From Promethearchaeota archaeon (lineage in GTDB: Archaea; Asgardarchaeota; Lokiarchaeia; Sigyniarchaeales; SOKP01): a stretch of DNA of 25,706 bases. This document shows positions 8,583 to 18,103 of the stretch, piece by piece. The translations under genes and the position numbers were made by a program. The notes beneath the pieces are model-generated. The model searched no databases and was not told where the DNA came from. It was given only the letters and a program-made list of their open reading frames with translations. The stretch is taken from positions 1 through 25,706 of the forward strand of contig RDOE01000049.1 of the NCBI GenBank assembly GCA_011364975.1. The letters run 5' to 3'. How positions within the stretch are numbered: position 1 is the first letter of the stretch; every line of letters begins with the position of its first letter.

Positions 8583-8679
8583 TTTACATCAATGATATGT
8601 TAATAATTCTTAATATTCAATATAATATCAATCTATAAAAATAAAAAATAAATTTCAAGAGTATGCAAACAAATTGATT

Positions 8680-9483
8680 TTATTCTTCTTTTTTTAATTT
8701 TTTTGGTTTATAAATAATTAATATAAGGATGATTGCAATTAATGTAATAAAGAAACTGATCCATCGTCCATAATCAGAAACCCAATAGGGAATAAAAGCA
8801 CCGGACATATTTGCGGCGAGATGAATAAGCAATGCTACTGCTATACTTCTTCCTGTGTTGTTATGCAACCATGTATAAATAATTGAGGAAAGTGTGAGAA
8901 TAATCAAATTTTGGTAAAAGGGGACAGCTTGTTGAGTCGTACCCGGAATAAAATGGAGTGGAAGGTGCCACAATCCCCATATTAATCCTAAAATGATGCT
9001 AGAAGTTAATGCATTCCACCTTGATTGCAATCTATCAAGCGCATATCCACGCCATCCATATTCTTCTCCTAATGGTCCTCCAGTAAAAAAGATGATAAAT
9101 AAAAGAGGTATAAACATTACTAAAGATGTAGCATAGCTCAGAACCCATGTACCATCAATAAAAATTACTAGTAGAAGTGATAGAAGTGCGATAAAAGGAA
9201 TCAATCCTAAAATTGGTATTAACCATAGTTTTTTAAATTTAAAATTCCATCCTCTCTTTAATAATGCTTTTAACTCTACTTTTCCTCCCTTAATAGCAGT
9301 TAATATAAGTGCTGCAATTGTTGGACCAAAATTAGCAAACATACTCAAAAACAAGAGAAACTCAGGAACTACGAAACCTATTGAATTTAGGATAGGGGAT
9401 AACCAGAGTAACCACGACCACAAGAATGTAATACTAAAAAATAAGATGAGTTCATTTAAGCCTTTTTTTCTACTTTCATTCAA
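8680..9483 (-). CDS. CPBP family (CAAX protease/Abi) intramembrane metalloprotease
   Basis: GEEYGWRG, WGLWH and HxxxN (HLAAN) motifs in a multi-TM protein. Confidence 0.92.
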   Translation of the reverse strand: MNESRKKGLNELILFFSITFLWSWLLWLSPILNSIGFVVPEFLLFLSMFANFGPTIAALILTAIKGGKVELKALLKRGWNFKFKKLWLIPILGLIPFIALLSLLLVIFIDGTWVLSYATSLVMFIPLLFIIFFTGGPLGEEYGWRGYALDRLQSRWNALTSSIILGLIWGLWHLPLHFIPGTTQQAVPFYQNLIILTLSSIIYTWLHNNTGRSIAVALLIHLAANMSGAFIPYWVSDYGRWISFFITLIAIILILIIYKPKKLKKEE

Positions 9484-10012
9484 CTTGATTTAGTCCTAAT
9501 TGTTTATATTGGTTGAATTTAAGATATGTAATTATATTTTTAATATTAAATAATCGATTTTGAATTATTATGAATATCAGTATTACTAAACCTATCCCTT
9601 CAGAAATTGAAACAATTGGCTCGTTAAATAACACATAGAGCCATAATCCAAAAGGATCATCAATATAGATAAAATCGTAATCAATAAAAGGATAAAATAA
9701 AGGCACTTCAGGTAGATCTAAAACTAAATGGAACAGTAAGCCAATAAGAAAGGGAATTGATATAGATTTCTTCCCTCGTACAGCTAAATGTACAATAATA
9801 AAACTTATTAAAACAAACAACAAAGTATGCGATATACCCCTTCCAGATCCAATACCCATAAACAGAAGAGACTTATCAACAATATCAGCTAGTAAGGAAC
9901 CAACAACTAAAGATATACGATTAAAATCATACTTTTTCTTTATTTGTGGAATTTCGAACAGAAGTAAGGGAATTGCTATGTGAAATATTGGAAAAATAAA
10001 AACATCCCTCAA
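9476..10012 (-). CDS. Membrane-bound metal-dependent hydrolase (YdjM-like)
   Basis: N-terminal His (IFH), GSLLADIVDK, RGISHTLL, FHLVLD. Overlaps the next gene by 8 nt. Start codon uncertain. Confidence 0.8.
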   Translation of the reverse strand: MRDVFIFPIFHIAIPLLLFEIPQIKKKYDFNRISLVVGSLLADIVDKSLLFMGIGSGRGISHTLLFVLISFIIVHLAVRGKKSISIPFLIGLLFHLVLDLPEVPLFYPFIDYDFIYIDDPFGLWLYVLFNEPIVSISEGIGLVILIFIIIQNRLFNIKNIITYLKFNQYKQLGLNQVE

Positions 10013-10165
10013 CTAAATTCTATATATAAAACGAATAACTGCAATAATTTCAGGCAAATAAAAAAGTATTATCAATAATATAACAAATTCTATTGAAATT
10101 TGGAGGGCTCGCTTTATTAGATGACCATAGGTCATAATTTCTTCTTTATATTCTAATTCATCCAT
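10013..10165 (-). CDS. Small single-TM protein (50 aa), missed by the ORF track
   Basis: Hand translation MDELEYKEEIMTYGHLIKRALQISIEFVILLIILFYLPEIIAVIRFIYRI*. It starts 5 nt after the aldolase stop and ends immediately before the TTG at 10012, filling the operon gap exactly. Confidence 0.65.
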   Translation of the reverse strand: MDELEYKEEIMTYGHLIKRALQISIEFVILLIILFYLPEIIAVIRFIYRI

Positions 10166-10170
10166 AGTGA

Positions 10171-10971
10171 TTAATCAAACTTGAATTCTTTTAGAATTTC
10201 CTCAACAGTATAATTTTGATGCACAATTTTAGATAGAGCACTCACTAATTTAGTAGGGTCTTCTGATTGGAATACATTTCGACCAAAAGCAACTCCAGCC
10301 CCTCCTGCTTGAAGAGAATCGTAAACCACTTGAAGTAATTCAGGTATAGTGTCCATTTTAGGTCCTCCAGCAATAATTACGGGAATATGTACACTCTTCA
10401 CAATATATTTAAACGAATCAATATCTCCTGTGTAATTAGTTTTCACAATATCTGCTCCTAACTCCGTCCCAGCTCTCACAGCAATATTCACTACGTCTGG
10501 ATTGTTTTCATCCTCTATCTTTTTTCCTCTTGGGTACATCATCGCGATTAATGGCATGCCCCATTCTCTAGCGGATTCAACAACTTTATGTGCATCTTGA
10601 AGCATTTCAGGTTCTTCATCTGCACCAATATTTATATGGATAGAAACTGCATCAGCTCCCATTTTGAGAGCTCTTTCTACAGAGCATACAAGCACTTTTC
10701 TGTTCGGATCTGGAGTTAAATTGGTAGCCCCTGAAAGATGAATAATTAAACCAATATCCTTTCCATATTGACGATGTCCTGCACCCACATTTCCTGAGTG
10801 CATCAAAACCGCATTCGCACCCCCCAGAGATACTTTATCAACCATCGCAGCAATATCTTCTAATCCCTTGATGGTACCCATAGTTAGACCGTGATCCATA
10901 GGAATAATTATCGTTCTTTTACTTTTACGATCAATTATTCGCTCTATTCTTATGCTCTTTCCTAATTGCAT
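10171..10971 (-). CDS. aroA': 2-amino-3,7-dideoxy-D-threo-hept-6-ulosonate synthase (DhnA-type class I aldolase family)
   Basis: GKSIRIERI...[31 protein letters not shown] (Schiff-base Lys), IAGGPK, GRNVFQ. The family is certain; ADH synthase versus FBP aldolase is less so. Confidence 0.8.
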   Translation of the reverse strand: MQLGKSIRIERIIDRKSKRTIIIPMDHGLTMGTIKGLEDIAAMVDKVSLGGANAVLMHSGNVGAGHRQYGKDIGLIIHLSGATNLTPDPNRKVLVCSVERALKMGADAVSIHINIGADEEPEMLQDAHKVVESAREWGMPLIAMMYPRGKKIEDENNPDVVNIAVRAGTELGADIVKTNYTGDIDSFKYIVKSVHIPVIIAGGPKMDTIPELLQVVYDSLQAGGAGVAFGRNVFQSEDPTKLVSALSKIVHQNYTVEEILKEFKFD

Positions 10972-11058
10972 ATTTTATTCTCTATTTTCTGAACTTGAAT
11001 TATTCAATATTAATGAGAGGAAAAATATAAAATTATACTAATATAATAAAAAACATAT

Positions 11059-12630
11059 TTACCATGGTCGTCGAAGTGTGGTTGGTCTACTCATATCTGA
11101 CTTTTCAGGATAATCCAGATTATAATGAATCCCACGACTTTCCTTTCTTGAAATAGCACTTACTATAATAAGTTTTGCTACGGTAGCTAAATTTCTTAAC
11201 TCAATTAAATTTTTCTCTATTTGGAAATCCCAATAATATTGGTCTATCTCGTCCAATAACAAATTGATCCTTTTCTTCGCTCTTTGAAGTCTCAGATCTG
11301 TTCGAACTATTCCTACATAATTCCACATAAATCTCCGAATCTCATCCCAATTCTGAGTAAGAATAACGGCTTCAGTAGAGGGTACGGCATTACCAGGTTC
11401 CCATTCTTCAAATTCATTAAATTTTAATACGTTTAACTTATTTTTTATTTTATTTGCGCACTCATGAGCACATACAAGCCCTTCTAATAATGAATTGCTC
11501 GCCAACCTATTAGCTCCATGTAGACCTGTACAAGAAGATTCGCCAATTACATAAAGGTTTTTAACTTTAGTAGAGCCATCGATTTTTGTTAAGACACCAC
11601 CACAACAATAATGTGCAGCAGGGACTACAGGAATAGGTTCTTTTGTAATGTCAATATTGAACTTTAAACAAGTCTCATATACGCCTGGAAAATGAGTTTT
11701 AATAAAATTCGAATTGCGATAAGATGCAATATCCAAATAAACATAATCGTCACCCGTTCTTTTGAGCTCCGCATCAATAGCTCTAGATACGACATCACGG
11801 GGGGCCAACTCTTTTAAAGGATGATATTTTTGCATAAACTTATTTCCCTTGATATCTTTGAGAATTGCCCCCTCCCCTCGCATCGCCTCAGTTATTAATA
11901 GTGATTTTGCATAAGGATGATAAAGACATGTTGGGTGGAATTGATAGAATTCCATATTTGCAATTATAGCACCAGCTCGGTATGCCATTGCGATGCCATC
12001 TCCTGATGCAACATCCGGGTTAGTCGTATAGAGATATATTTTTCCAGCCCCACCTGTTGCTAAAATAGTAGATTTAGCGGCGATATTATGAATTTCTCCA
12101 GATTTCTGGTCCAATACATAAGCTCCATAGCATTCAAAATTCTTGGCATAAAGATTAATTGCGCACCAAAATTCTTTTATATCAACATTTTTTAATTTCT
12201 TAACCTGTTCAATTAATTTTTGCTCAATACTTTGACCGGTTAAATCATTAACATGCAAAATTCTCCGTTCAGAATGACCTCCCTCCTTACCAAGATCATA
12301 TTGTCCATTTTCATTCCTTGTAAACAATACGCCTAAATCAATCAGTTCTTGGATTCTTTCTGGGGCTTTAGTAATAATAGATCTTACAACTTGCTCATCG
12401 CATAACCCATCACCTGCAATCAAGGTATCTTGGACATGTTTTTCGAAGCTGTCATTTTCATTCCAAACACAAGCGATACCACCTTGTGCATAATACGTAT
12501 TACATTCTGTTACATTCTCTTTAGTGATTAATAAAATCTGAACATCTGGGGCTAACTTGGTTAATTTAACAGCTAATGATAATCCAGAGATTCCTCCTCC
12601 AATTATTAGAATATCAGTTTTAATTATCAA
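11059..12630 (-). CDS. nadB: L-aspartate oxidase
   Basis: GGGISG FAD motif, YAQGGIA, EGGHSERRILH, QFHPT, LITEAMRGEG, ELAPRDVV, HYCCGG, GLHGANRLASNSLLE, ESRGIHY. Confidence 0.96.
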   Translation of the reverse strand: MIIKTDILIIGGGISGLSLAVKLTKLAPDVQILLITKENVTECNTYYAQGGIACVWNENDSFEKHVQDTLIAGDGLCDEQVVRSIITKAPERIQELIDLGVLFTRNENGQYDLGKEGGHSERRILHVNDLTGQSIEQKLIEQVKKLKNVDIKEFWCAINLYAKNFECYGAYVLDQKSGEIHNIAAKSTILATGGAGKIYLYTTNPDVASGDGIAMAYRAGAIIANMEFYQFHPTCLYHPYAKSLLITEAMRGEGAILKDIKGNKFMQKYHPLKELAPRDVVSRAIDAELKRTGDDYVYLDIASYRNSNFIKTHFPGVYETCLKFNIDITKEPIPVVPAAHYCCGGVLTKIDGSTKVKNLYVIGESSCTGLHGANRLASNSLLEGLVCAHECANKIKNKLNVLKFNEFEEWEPGNAVPSTEAVILTQNWDEIRRFMWNYVGIVRTDLRLQRAKKRINLLLDEIDQYYWDFQIEKNLIELRNLATVAKLIIVSAISRKESRGIHYNLDYPEKSDMSRPTTLRRPW

Positions 12631-12757
12631 TTAAATCTTAAGGTTTTGTCCTAACGCTTTTTTTAAATTCTATTAACAAACCAAAATTAAATTAAAGTTT
12701 TATATCTTTTTGTCTTGAACCATAATTTTTTTTTGGTTTATACTACTTTCATAAAAG

Positions 12758-13270
12758 ATGATAAAAAAACCCATTAAGAATGTTCTTTGGGTGTGTTTTG
12801 GAAATACTTCACGTAGCCCCTTAGCATTAGGACTATCTCTTTGGCTTAAAAATACAAAATATAAAGAAGAATTAAAGGAAATCCATTTTGATTCTGCAGG
12901 GTTCGTAAATGTTTTTAAAACGGCTCAACCAGAAACCATAGCCTATTTAAATACGAAAAATGTTGATTTTAGCAATTTTCGTGGTAAAATCATGGATAAA
13001 GAACTGTTAAAAAAACAAGATTTAATACTAGTTATGGAATCCTACCACTTAAAACGCCTATTAAGAAAATTTAAACATGTAAAAAATATCAATAAAAGAT
13101 CGTTTTTATTATTAGATTTTGCTGGAGAGAAAGAGAACCTAGATATTTCTGATCCGGTTAATTTTGGAATTGAAGTATATAATGAAGTTATCGAAGCAGT
13201 AGAGAGAGGAGTCATAAAATCAATTGAAAAGATTATTAAAATTAATAAAGGGGATTTAGCGCCAGAATGA
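12758..13270 (+). CDS. Low-molecular-weight phosphatase (LMW-PTP fold)
   Basis: P-loop VCFGNTSRS, DSAG, DLILVME, general-acid ISDP. Confidence 0.9.
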   Translation: MIKKPIKNVLWVCFGNTSRSPLALGLSLWLKNTKYKEELKEIHFDSAGFVNVFKTAQPETIAYLNTKNVDFSNFRGKIMDKELLKKQDLILVMESYHLKRLLRKFKHVKNINKRSFLLLDFAGEKENLDISDPVNFGIEVYNEVIEAVERGVIKSIEKIIKINKGDLAPE

Positions 13271-13752
13271 ATAAAATAAGAAACATTTTGTGGATATGTC
13301 TAGGAAATACAGCACGTTCTCCTGCCGCGGAATATTTAGCGCGCTATTACGCTCAGAAAAATGATCTTGATTTGAAATTTGAGAGTGCTGGTTTTATTAA
13401 TGCCTTTTCTTATATGCAAAAAGAATCTAAAAAATATCTTGAATCTAAAGGTATCAAATCCTCTGACTTTAGGCCTCAATTAATCACTCGTAACTTACTA
13501 GAAAGACAAGATTTGATTTTAACGATGGAAGCGTCTCATGTAAGAGATATATTAAACAATTATAAGGATATTAAAGAATTAAAGAAAATTCTATTCACTC
13601 TGAAACAATTCAACGGTGAAACTGGAGATTTGGATATTATCGATCCCTATTATACTTCTCATTCAACATTTCTTAAAATACTTCGAATTATTGATGAGAA
13701 TGTTATAAAAGCAATTGAAAGGATTAAAAAAATTAATAGTAGAGAAATATAA
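13267..13752 (+). CDS. Low-molecular-weight phosphatase (LMW-PTP fold), tandem paralogue
   Basis: ICLGNTARS, ESAG, DLILTME, IIDPYY; ATGA overlap with the upstream paralogue. Confidence 0.9.
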   Translation: MNKIRNILWICLGNTARSPAAEYLARYYAQKNDLDLKFESAGFINAFSYMQKESKKYLESKGIKSSDFRPQLITRNLLERQDLILTMEASHVRDILNNYKDIKELKKILFTLKQFNGETGDLDIIDPYYTSHSTFLKILRIIDENVIKAIERIKKINSREI

Positions 13753-13893
13753 TAGAAACTTGACCTTAAGATTCTTAAAAATAAAAATAAAAATAAACTA
13801 AATAAGTTAATTTTTATACTTACCTTAAGATAAGATTGTCTTATTACTAAAAATTTAAAATAATTCAATCTATTAGATTTTTTATAAGAATTA

Positions 13894-14439
13894 ATGATAT
13901 CTATTTTTCTTATGCATCAGATCACGATCAATAATACAATAATTGATTTACTTATTGGAGATTTGACCAAAATAGAGCATGACGCTTTAGTTATCCCTAC
14001 AAATTCTCGACTTTTACCTAGTGGAAATGTAAGATGCAATGTATTAAGAAGTGCTGGTTCTACAGTTCAAGTAGAATGTAATAAAATAATTAGTGAAATG
14101 GCTAATATTCCTATTGGACACGCAGTAATGACCTCCGGAGGCAATTTGGATGTTAAGTTTATCATCCATGCTAGATCAGGTCATGATCAAAAAAAGTTAA
14201 TGTTAGCAGTATGGAATTCTATGAAATTAGCTGATGAGAAGGGTTTAATATCAATAATCTTTCCGCCAATATCCAAAGATGTTTTGGGATTTACTACTCA
14301 ACTTTCTGCTAAAATTATGATACCTACTATTAAAAAGTTTTTAACAGAAAAAAAAAAACATTTGCAGAAAGTGTCAATCTGCCTTGAAACGCTTCCCGAT
14401 TATAAAGATTTCGAAAAAGTATTATCTGATGGATTATAA
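13894..14439 (+). CDS. Macrodomain protein (divergent)
   Basis: GDLT, DALVIPTNSRL, GHAVMTSGGNL, IIHA, SIIFPPIS. Alternative start at 13912. Confidence 0.85.
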   Translation: MISIFLMHQITINNTIIDLLIGDLTKIEHDALVIPTNSRLLPSGNVRCNVLRSAGSTVQVECNKIISEMANIPIGHAVMTSGGNLDVKFIIHARSGHDQKKLMLAVWNSMKLADEKGLISIIFPPISKDVLGFTTQLSAKIMIPTIKKFLTEKKKHLQKVSICLETLPDYKDFEKVLSDGL

Positions 14440-14776
14440 AAGTTATTGAAACTACGCTAGGATTAAAAAGCACTTTGTTATTCGAAATAATTTGAGTCTG
14501 AAAAGCTAGCTTAAATATTAGAAAATTCTATCTGCAATCTATAAACTGAAATTCTTTTAATAAGCTTCAATTTTTAAAAGCTTAAAGTTTTTTTCAAAAT
14601 CTAAAAGTTCAATCTTGATTTACTTAATAACCCGAATTTAAATGAATATAAAGATTTAAAATATTACAATAGATTATTTATTCAAAATTAATTTTTTAAT
14701 GTTATTAAGATTTTGATAAAATAATTATAATATTTACACATCTACAATATTTTTTATTAGATTAGGGGATTGTCAG

Positions 14777-15298
14777 ATGGAACTAGAAAAAATAAATGAA
14801 AGATTGAAAAATGAACCTTCGAATATCAATCCACTTAAAGGATATGAAATAATTTGCGAAGCGATGGTTTATAAAATATTGGATATTTTCGGAAAAAATA
14901 GCCTTTTATCCATGCTTTACCAAACAGGAGCTGGTCCTGGAGAAGTTATCGCAAATAGAATCAAACTAAATTACGGTAAGGACCAATTTGAGATAATTGA
15001 AGCGTTAGAGATTCTCATCTCTGAGTTAAAAGAATTTTACTCTATACAAATACAAACCATAGAAGAAAATCCAGAATTTATAAGAGTTGTTTTACAAAAT
15101 CATTGCTTCTTAAGAGAATCCATAAAGAGAAGGGGTAAATTACAATTTGGTAAAGCCTTCTGTAGAGTAAACAAAGGATATTTCGAAACAGCTCTTAAAA
15201 AATTAATAGGTAATAAAATGAAAAGGATTGACATAAGATTTCTTCGCAATGTACCAGAAAAAGATGTTTGTTTAGAAGAATTGATTTTTTATTTATGA
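14777..15298 (+). CDS. V4R-like small protein
   Basis: Helical N-terminus (IFGKNSLLSMLYQTG) followed by NHCF...FCRVNKGYFETAL...VCLEE, a three-Cys pattern like V4R-fold proteins. The ORF is solid; the fold call is inference. Confidence 0.6.
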   Translation: MELEKINERLKNEPSNINPLKGYEIICEAMVYKILDIFGKNSLLSMLYQTGAGPGEVIANRIKLNYGKDQFEIIEALEILISELKEFYSIQIQTIEENPEFIRVVLQNHCFLRESIKRRGKLQFGKAFCRVNKGYFETALKKLIGNKMKRIDIRFLRNVPEKDVCLEELIFYL

Positions 15299-15326
15299 AT
15301 TAAGTAAAAAGTAAATATAATAATTC

Positions 15327-16451
15327 TTAACACTTTTCTGGATGTAATTGGCAAAATTTTAGTGAAGAAACTAAATCATCTTCTCCAATAAAACCTAATA
15401 CATAATTCTCTCCGCTTTCTTGAACAGCAATTAAATGTGGTTTTGTACTCATATTCACTAATTTCTTCATTGCTTCTTTTCCCGTGTCTTTTTCATCAAT
15501 TCTTGGAAAATTCGATACACTTCTCATCGCATAACCTATAATATATTCTGATCTCTGATAAGAAGGAATTCTTCGAATATCATCAATATGGATTATTCCA
15601 ACAATTCTGCCCCCTTTCGAAACTGGGAAATAAGACTTCTTATAGATCATAAAATAATTACTTAATGCCTCGCTGATGGTTATGTCAAATGGTATTTCTA
15701 AAATCGGCATACTAATCATATCTTTTGCACTTATTTTCGCAAGGGTAACCTCATTAACAATCTGTAAATAAGATTGTTTTGTCTGATTATTCAAAAAAGA
15801 ACCTATTATAATTAACCAAAATCCATTTAAAAAGCCAAATAGTAGTATCTGTATAAATCCATAGGCCATTAGACCGTAAGCAAAAAAGCTACCAATCTTA
15901 GAAGCAGTCTTTGTAGCAGAAATTATATCCTGTCTTCTATACCATAAAAAAGCTCTTAATATTCGTCCACCATCGACTGGAAACGCTGGAAGTAAATTAA
16001 AGAAACCTAATCCAATATTAGAAATTCCCGTATAAAACAGGGGCACAAAAAGAAGAGTAGGTAATTCATTAGGAAATAGAAACACAATCAATAGAAATAA
16101 CCCTCCAATCATAAGACTGGTTAATGGACCTACTGCAGCAATTAACATCTCACTTTTAGGCGTTCTCGGTTCTTCTTCAATCTTAGAGACTCCTCCAAAG
16201 AGATATAATTCAATTTCAGTAACTTTCAATCCATATTTCTGAGCAACAATTGAATGCATCAATTCATGGGCTAATATCGAAAACAATATAATAAAACCAC
16301 TCATGATACCTACTAAAAATAAGTCAAATAAAGAAGCATTCAGAACTATACTAAAGTAAAAATTTGCTGCATAAAATCCAACTAAACCTACTATAAATAA
16401 AGTACTAAAACGTAATTTGATATCAATTCCATAAAATCTTGCAATTTTCAT
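15327..16451 (-). CDS. Site-2 protease (M50) with C-terminal CBS pair
   Basis: HELMH zinc motif, LFGGVS, IAAVGP, NLLPAFPVDGGR; C-terminal FPV...IVGII CBS-like repeats. Confidence 0.93.
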   Translation of the reverse strand: MKIARFYGIDIKLRFSTLFIVGLVGFYAANFYFSIVLNASLFDLFLVGIMSGFIILFSILAHELMHSIVAQKYGLKVTEIELYLFGGVSKIEEEPRTPKSEMLIAAVGPLTSLMIGGLFLLIVFLFPNELPTLLFVPLFYTGISNIGLGFFNLLPAFPVDGGRILRAFLWYRRQDIISATKTASKIGSFFAYGLMAYGFIQILLFGFLNGFWLIIIGSFLNNQTKQSYLQIVNEVTLAKISAKDMISMPILEIPFDITISEALSNYFMIYKKSYFPVSKGGRIVGIIHIDDIRRIPSYQRSEYIIGYAMRSVSNFPRIDEKDTGKEAMKKLVNMSTKPHLIAVQESGENYVLGFIGEDDLVSSLKFCQLHPEKC

Positions 16452-16460
16452 AGTATTTTA

Positions 16461-16466
16461 CACCTC
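16461..16466 (-). promoter_or_regulatory. Shine-Dalgarno-like site of the site-2 protease gene
   Basis: GAGGTG on the minus strand, 9 nt upstream of the ATG at 16451. Confidence 0.55.
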
Positions 16467-16738
16467 TGACTATATAGAATAAAAAACGTTATTAATCTCT
16501 TCACCTTTTTTTTTGAAAGCCTTTTGAGTTAAAATATTATACAATTAAAGCGTATTTTCTCAATTTGTTTAAATTTTAAATTCAAAATTGAGTGAATGGT
16601 GATGAAAAGAATAGTATTTTTGTAGAATTAGATCATATCATTTTACCATTTCAGATAATGAAATGTCAAAATTAAAAAAAAAAATAAGATTCTATAATAT
16701 GTCTATTTAAAATTCAAAAATAAAAAATGAGGATTAAA

Positions 16739-17926
16739 ATGGTTGAAGTTAAAAATATTTTAGTGCTAGGCGCAGGATTAATGGGTTCAGGAATCGGCCA
16801 AGTTGCGCTCCAAGCAGGATATAATGTTACAATGGTAGATGTCGACGATAAGTTTGTTAATAGTGGAGTTGCTAAAATTGAAGAAGGTTTGAAAAAGCTT
16901 GAAGCGAAAGGAACACTAGGAGAAGGTGTTACTGCCTCTGCTTTGTTGGCAAAATGCAATAAGTCCACCAATCTTGCTTCTGCAGTGAAAAATGCAGACA
17001 TTGTCATTGAAGCCGTCGTTGAAAAAATGGATGTGAAACAGAAGGTTTGTAAAACAACGATGGATAATGGACCAAAGCATGTAATATTTGCATCTAATAC
17101 CTCCACGATGAGTATCACGGAAATAGGAAAAGATAGTGGAGCACCGGATAGAGTATGCGGAATGCACTTTTTCAATCCCGTCCCCCTAATGAGATGCATT
17201 GAAGTAATTAAAGGGGCAAACACTTCAGAAGAAACTTTCGAAACTGCAATGAAAATTGCCGAAAAATTGCCATGTCTGCGTGGACAACGATTAATCGCTC
17301 CCGTATTAAAAGATAAACCCGGTTTTATTGTGAATAGATTGAATGCTCCAGCGCAGATCTATTTAAATTGGATATTCGATCAAGCTAAGGAAAAAGGAAT
17401 AGCGTGGGAAAGAATTGATGCCGATGCAGGAGGAAAGATGCCGATGGGACCTTGCACCTTAGCAGATTATGTGGGTTTGGATACAATGATACATGTCGCT
17501 GGTTATTATAAAGAAACACTTTCTCCAGATTTCGAACCTGCTAAAGTTGTCAAAGAATTAGTTGCTGTAGGTAACCTTGGGGCTAAAACTGGCAAAGGCT
17601 TTTATGATTGGAGCAAGGGTAGGGATGCTATCAGTGAAAAGGTGAAAAATGCTCAACCTGCTGGCTTGTTTAATTTAGAAAACACCATGGCGATAATGTT
17701 AAATGAAGGCTGCCGAATTTTAGAGGAGGGAGTTGCTTCAGGATTCAAGATTATTGATGATGCAAACATGGCTGGTATGAATACTCCCGGACCATTCAGT
17801 GGGGGGAAAAATAACTATGAGAAATGGAGCAAAATGTTAAATGAATTAGCTGATGCAACTGGTAAAAATTACTTTAGGCCCTGTGAATTGATGAAAAGTG
17901 GTGGCTTTACTAAAATGAGGAAATAA
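16739..17926 (+). CDS. 3-hydroxyacyl-CoA dehydrogenase (duplicated C-terminal domain)
   Basis: GAGLMGSGI, IEAVVE, ASNTST, GMHFFNP, PGFIVNR, GAKTGKGFY. Start 16739 is supported by GAGGA at 16729-16733 and by the paralogue's MVDIKN start. Confidence 0.95.
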   Translation: MVEVKNILVLGAGLMGSGIGQVALQAGYNVTMVDVDDKFVNSGVAKIEEGLKKLEAKGTLGEGVTASALLAKCNKSTNLASAVKNADIVIEAVVEKMDVKQKVCKTTMDNGPKHVIFASNTSTMSITEIGKDSGAPDRVCGMHFFNPVPLMRCIEVIKGANTSEETFETAMKIAEKLPCLRGQRLIAPVLKDKPGFIVNRLNAPAQIYLNWIFDQAKEKGIAWERIDADAGGKMPMGPCTLADYVGLDTMIHVAGYYKETLSPDFEPAKVVKELVAVGNLGAKTGKGFYDWSKGRDAISEKVKNAQPAGLFNLENTMAIMLNEGCRILEEGVASGFKIIDDANMAGMNTPGPFSGGKNNYEKWSKMLNELADATGKNYFRPCELMKSGGFTKMRK

Positions 17927-17953
17927 AGACTGCCCTCAATTCTAACTTAATTA

Positions 17954-17968
17954 TTTTTTCTCTTTTTT
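17954..17968 (+). terminator. Oligo(T) tract, probable terminator
   Basis: TTTTTTCTCTTTTTT about 28 nt after the stop codon. Confidence 0.45.
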
Positions 17969-18103
17969 GATAAACTATATGATTATTAGTCCTACTTAAG
18001 AAGTTATTCACTTTTTTCAATAGTTTAATAATACATATTTGATTAATTTGAATTGTATTATTAATTTAAAAAACCAAATTAAGCCAGAAAGGTTGAGAAA
18101 ATT

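Noticed and set aside
10121-10135. Perfect inverted repeat ATGACC-ATA-GGTCAT as an operator
   Set aside because: Single copy, and it lies inside the proposed 50-aa ORF in the middle of an operon rather than in a promoter.
13659-13868. 69-aa hydrophobic minus-strand ORF
   Set aside because: It overlaps a phosphatase 3' end, and its F/L/I richness comes from low-complexity A-rich spacer DNA.
14440-14776. Long AT-rich intergenic region (similarly 16452-16738 and 23719-24045) as ncRNA, CRISPR or origin
   Set aside because: No direct repeats, stable GC stems or tRNA-like structure were visible by eye.
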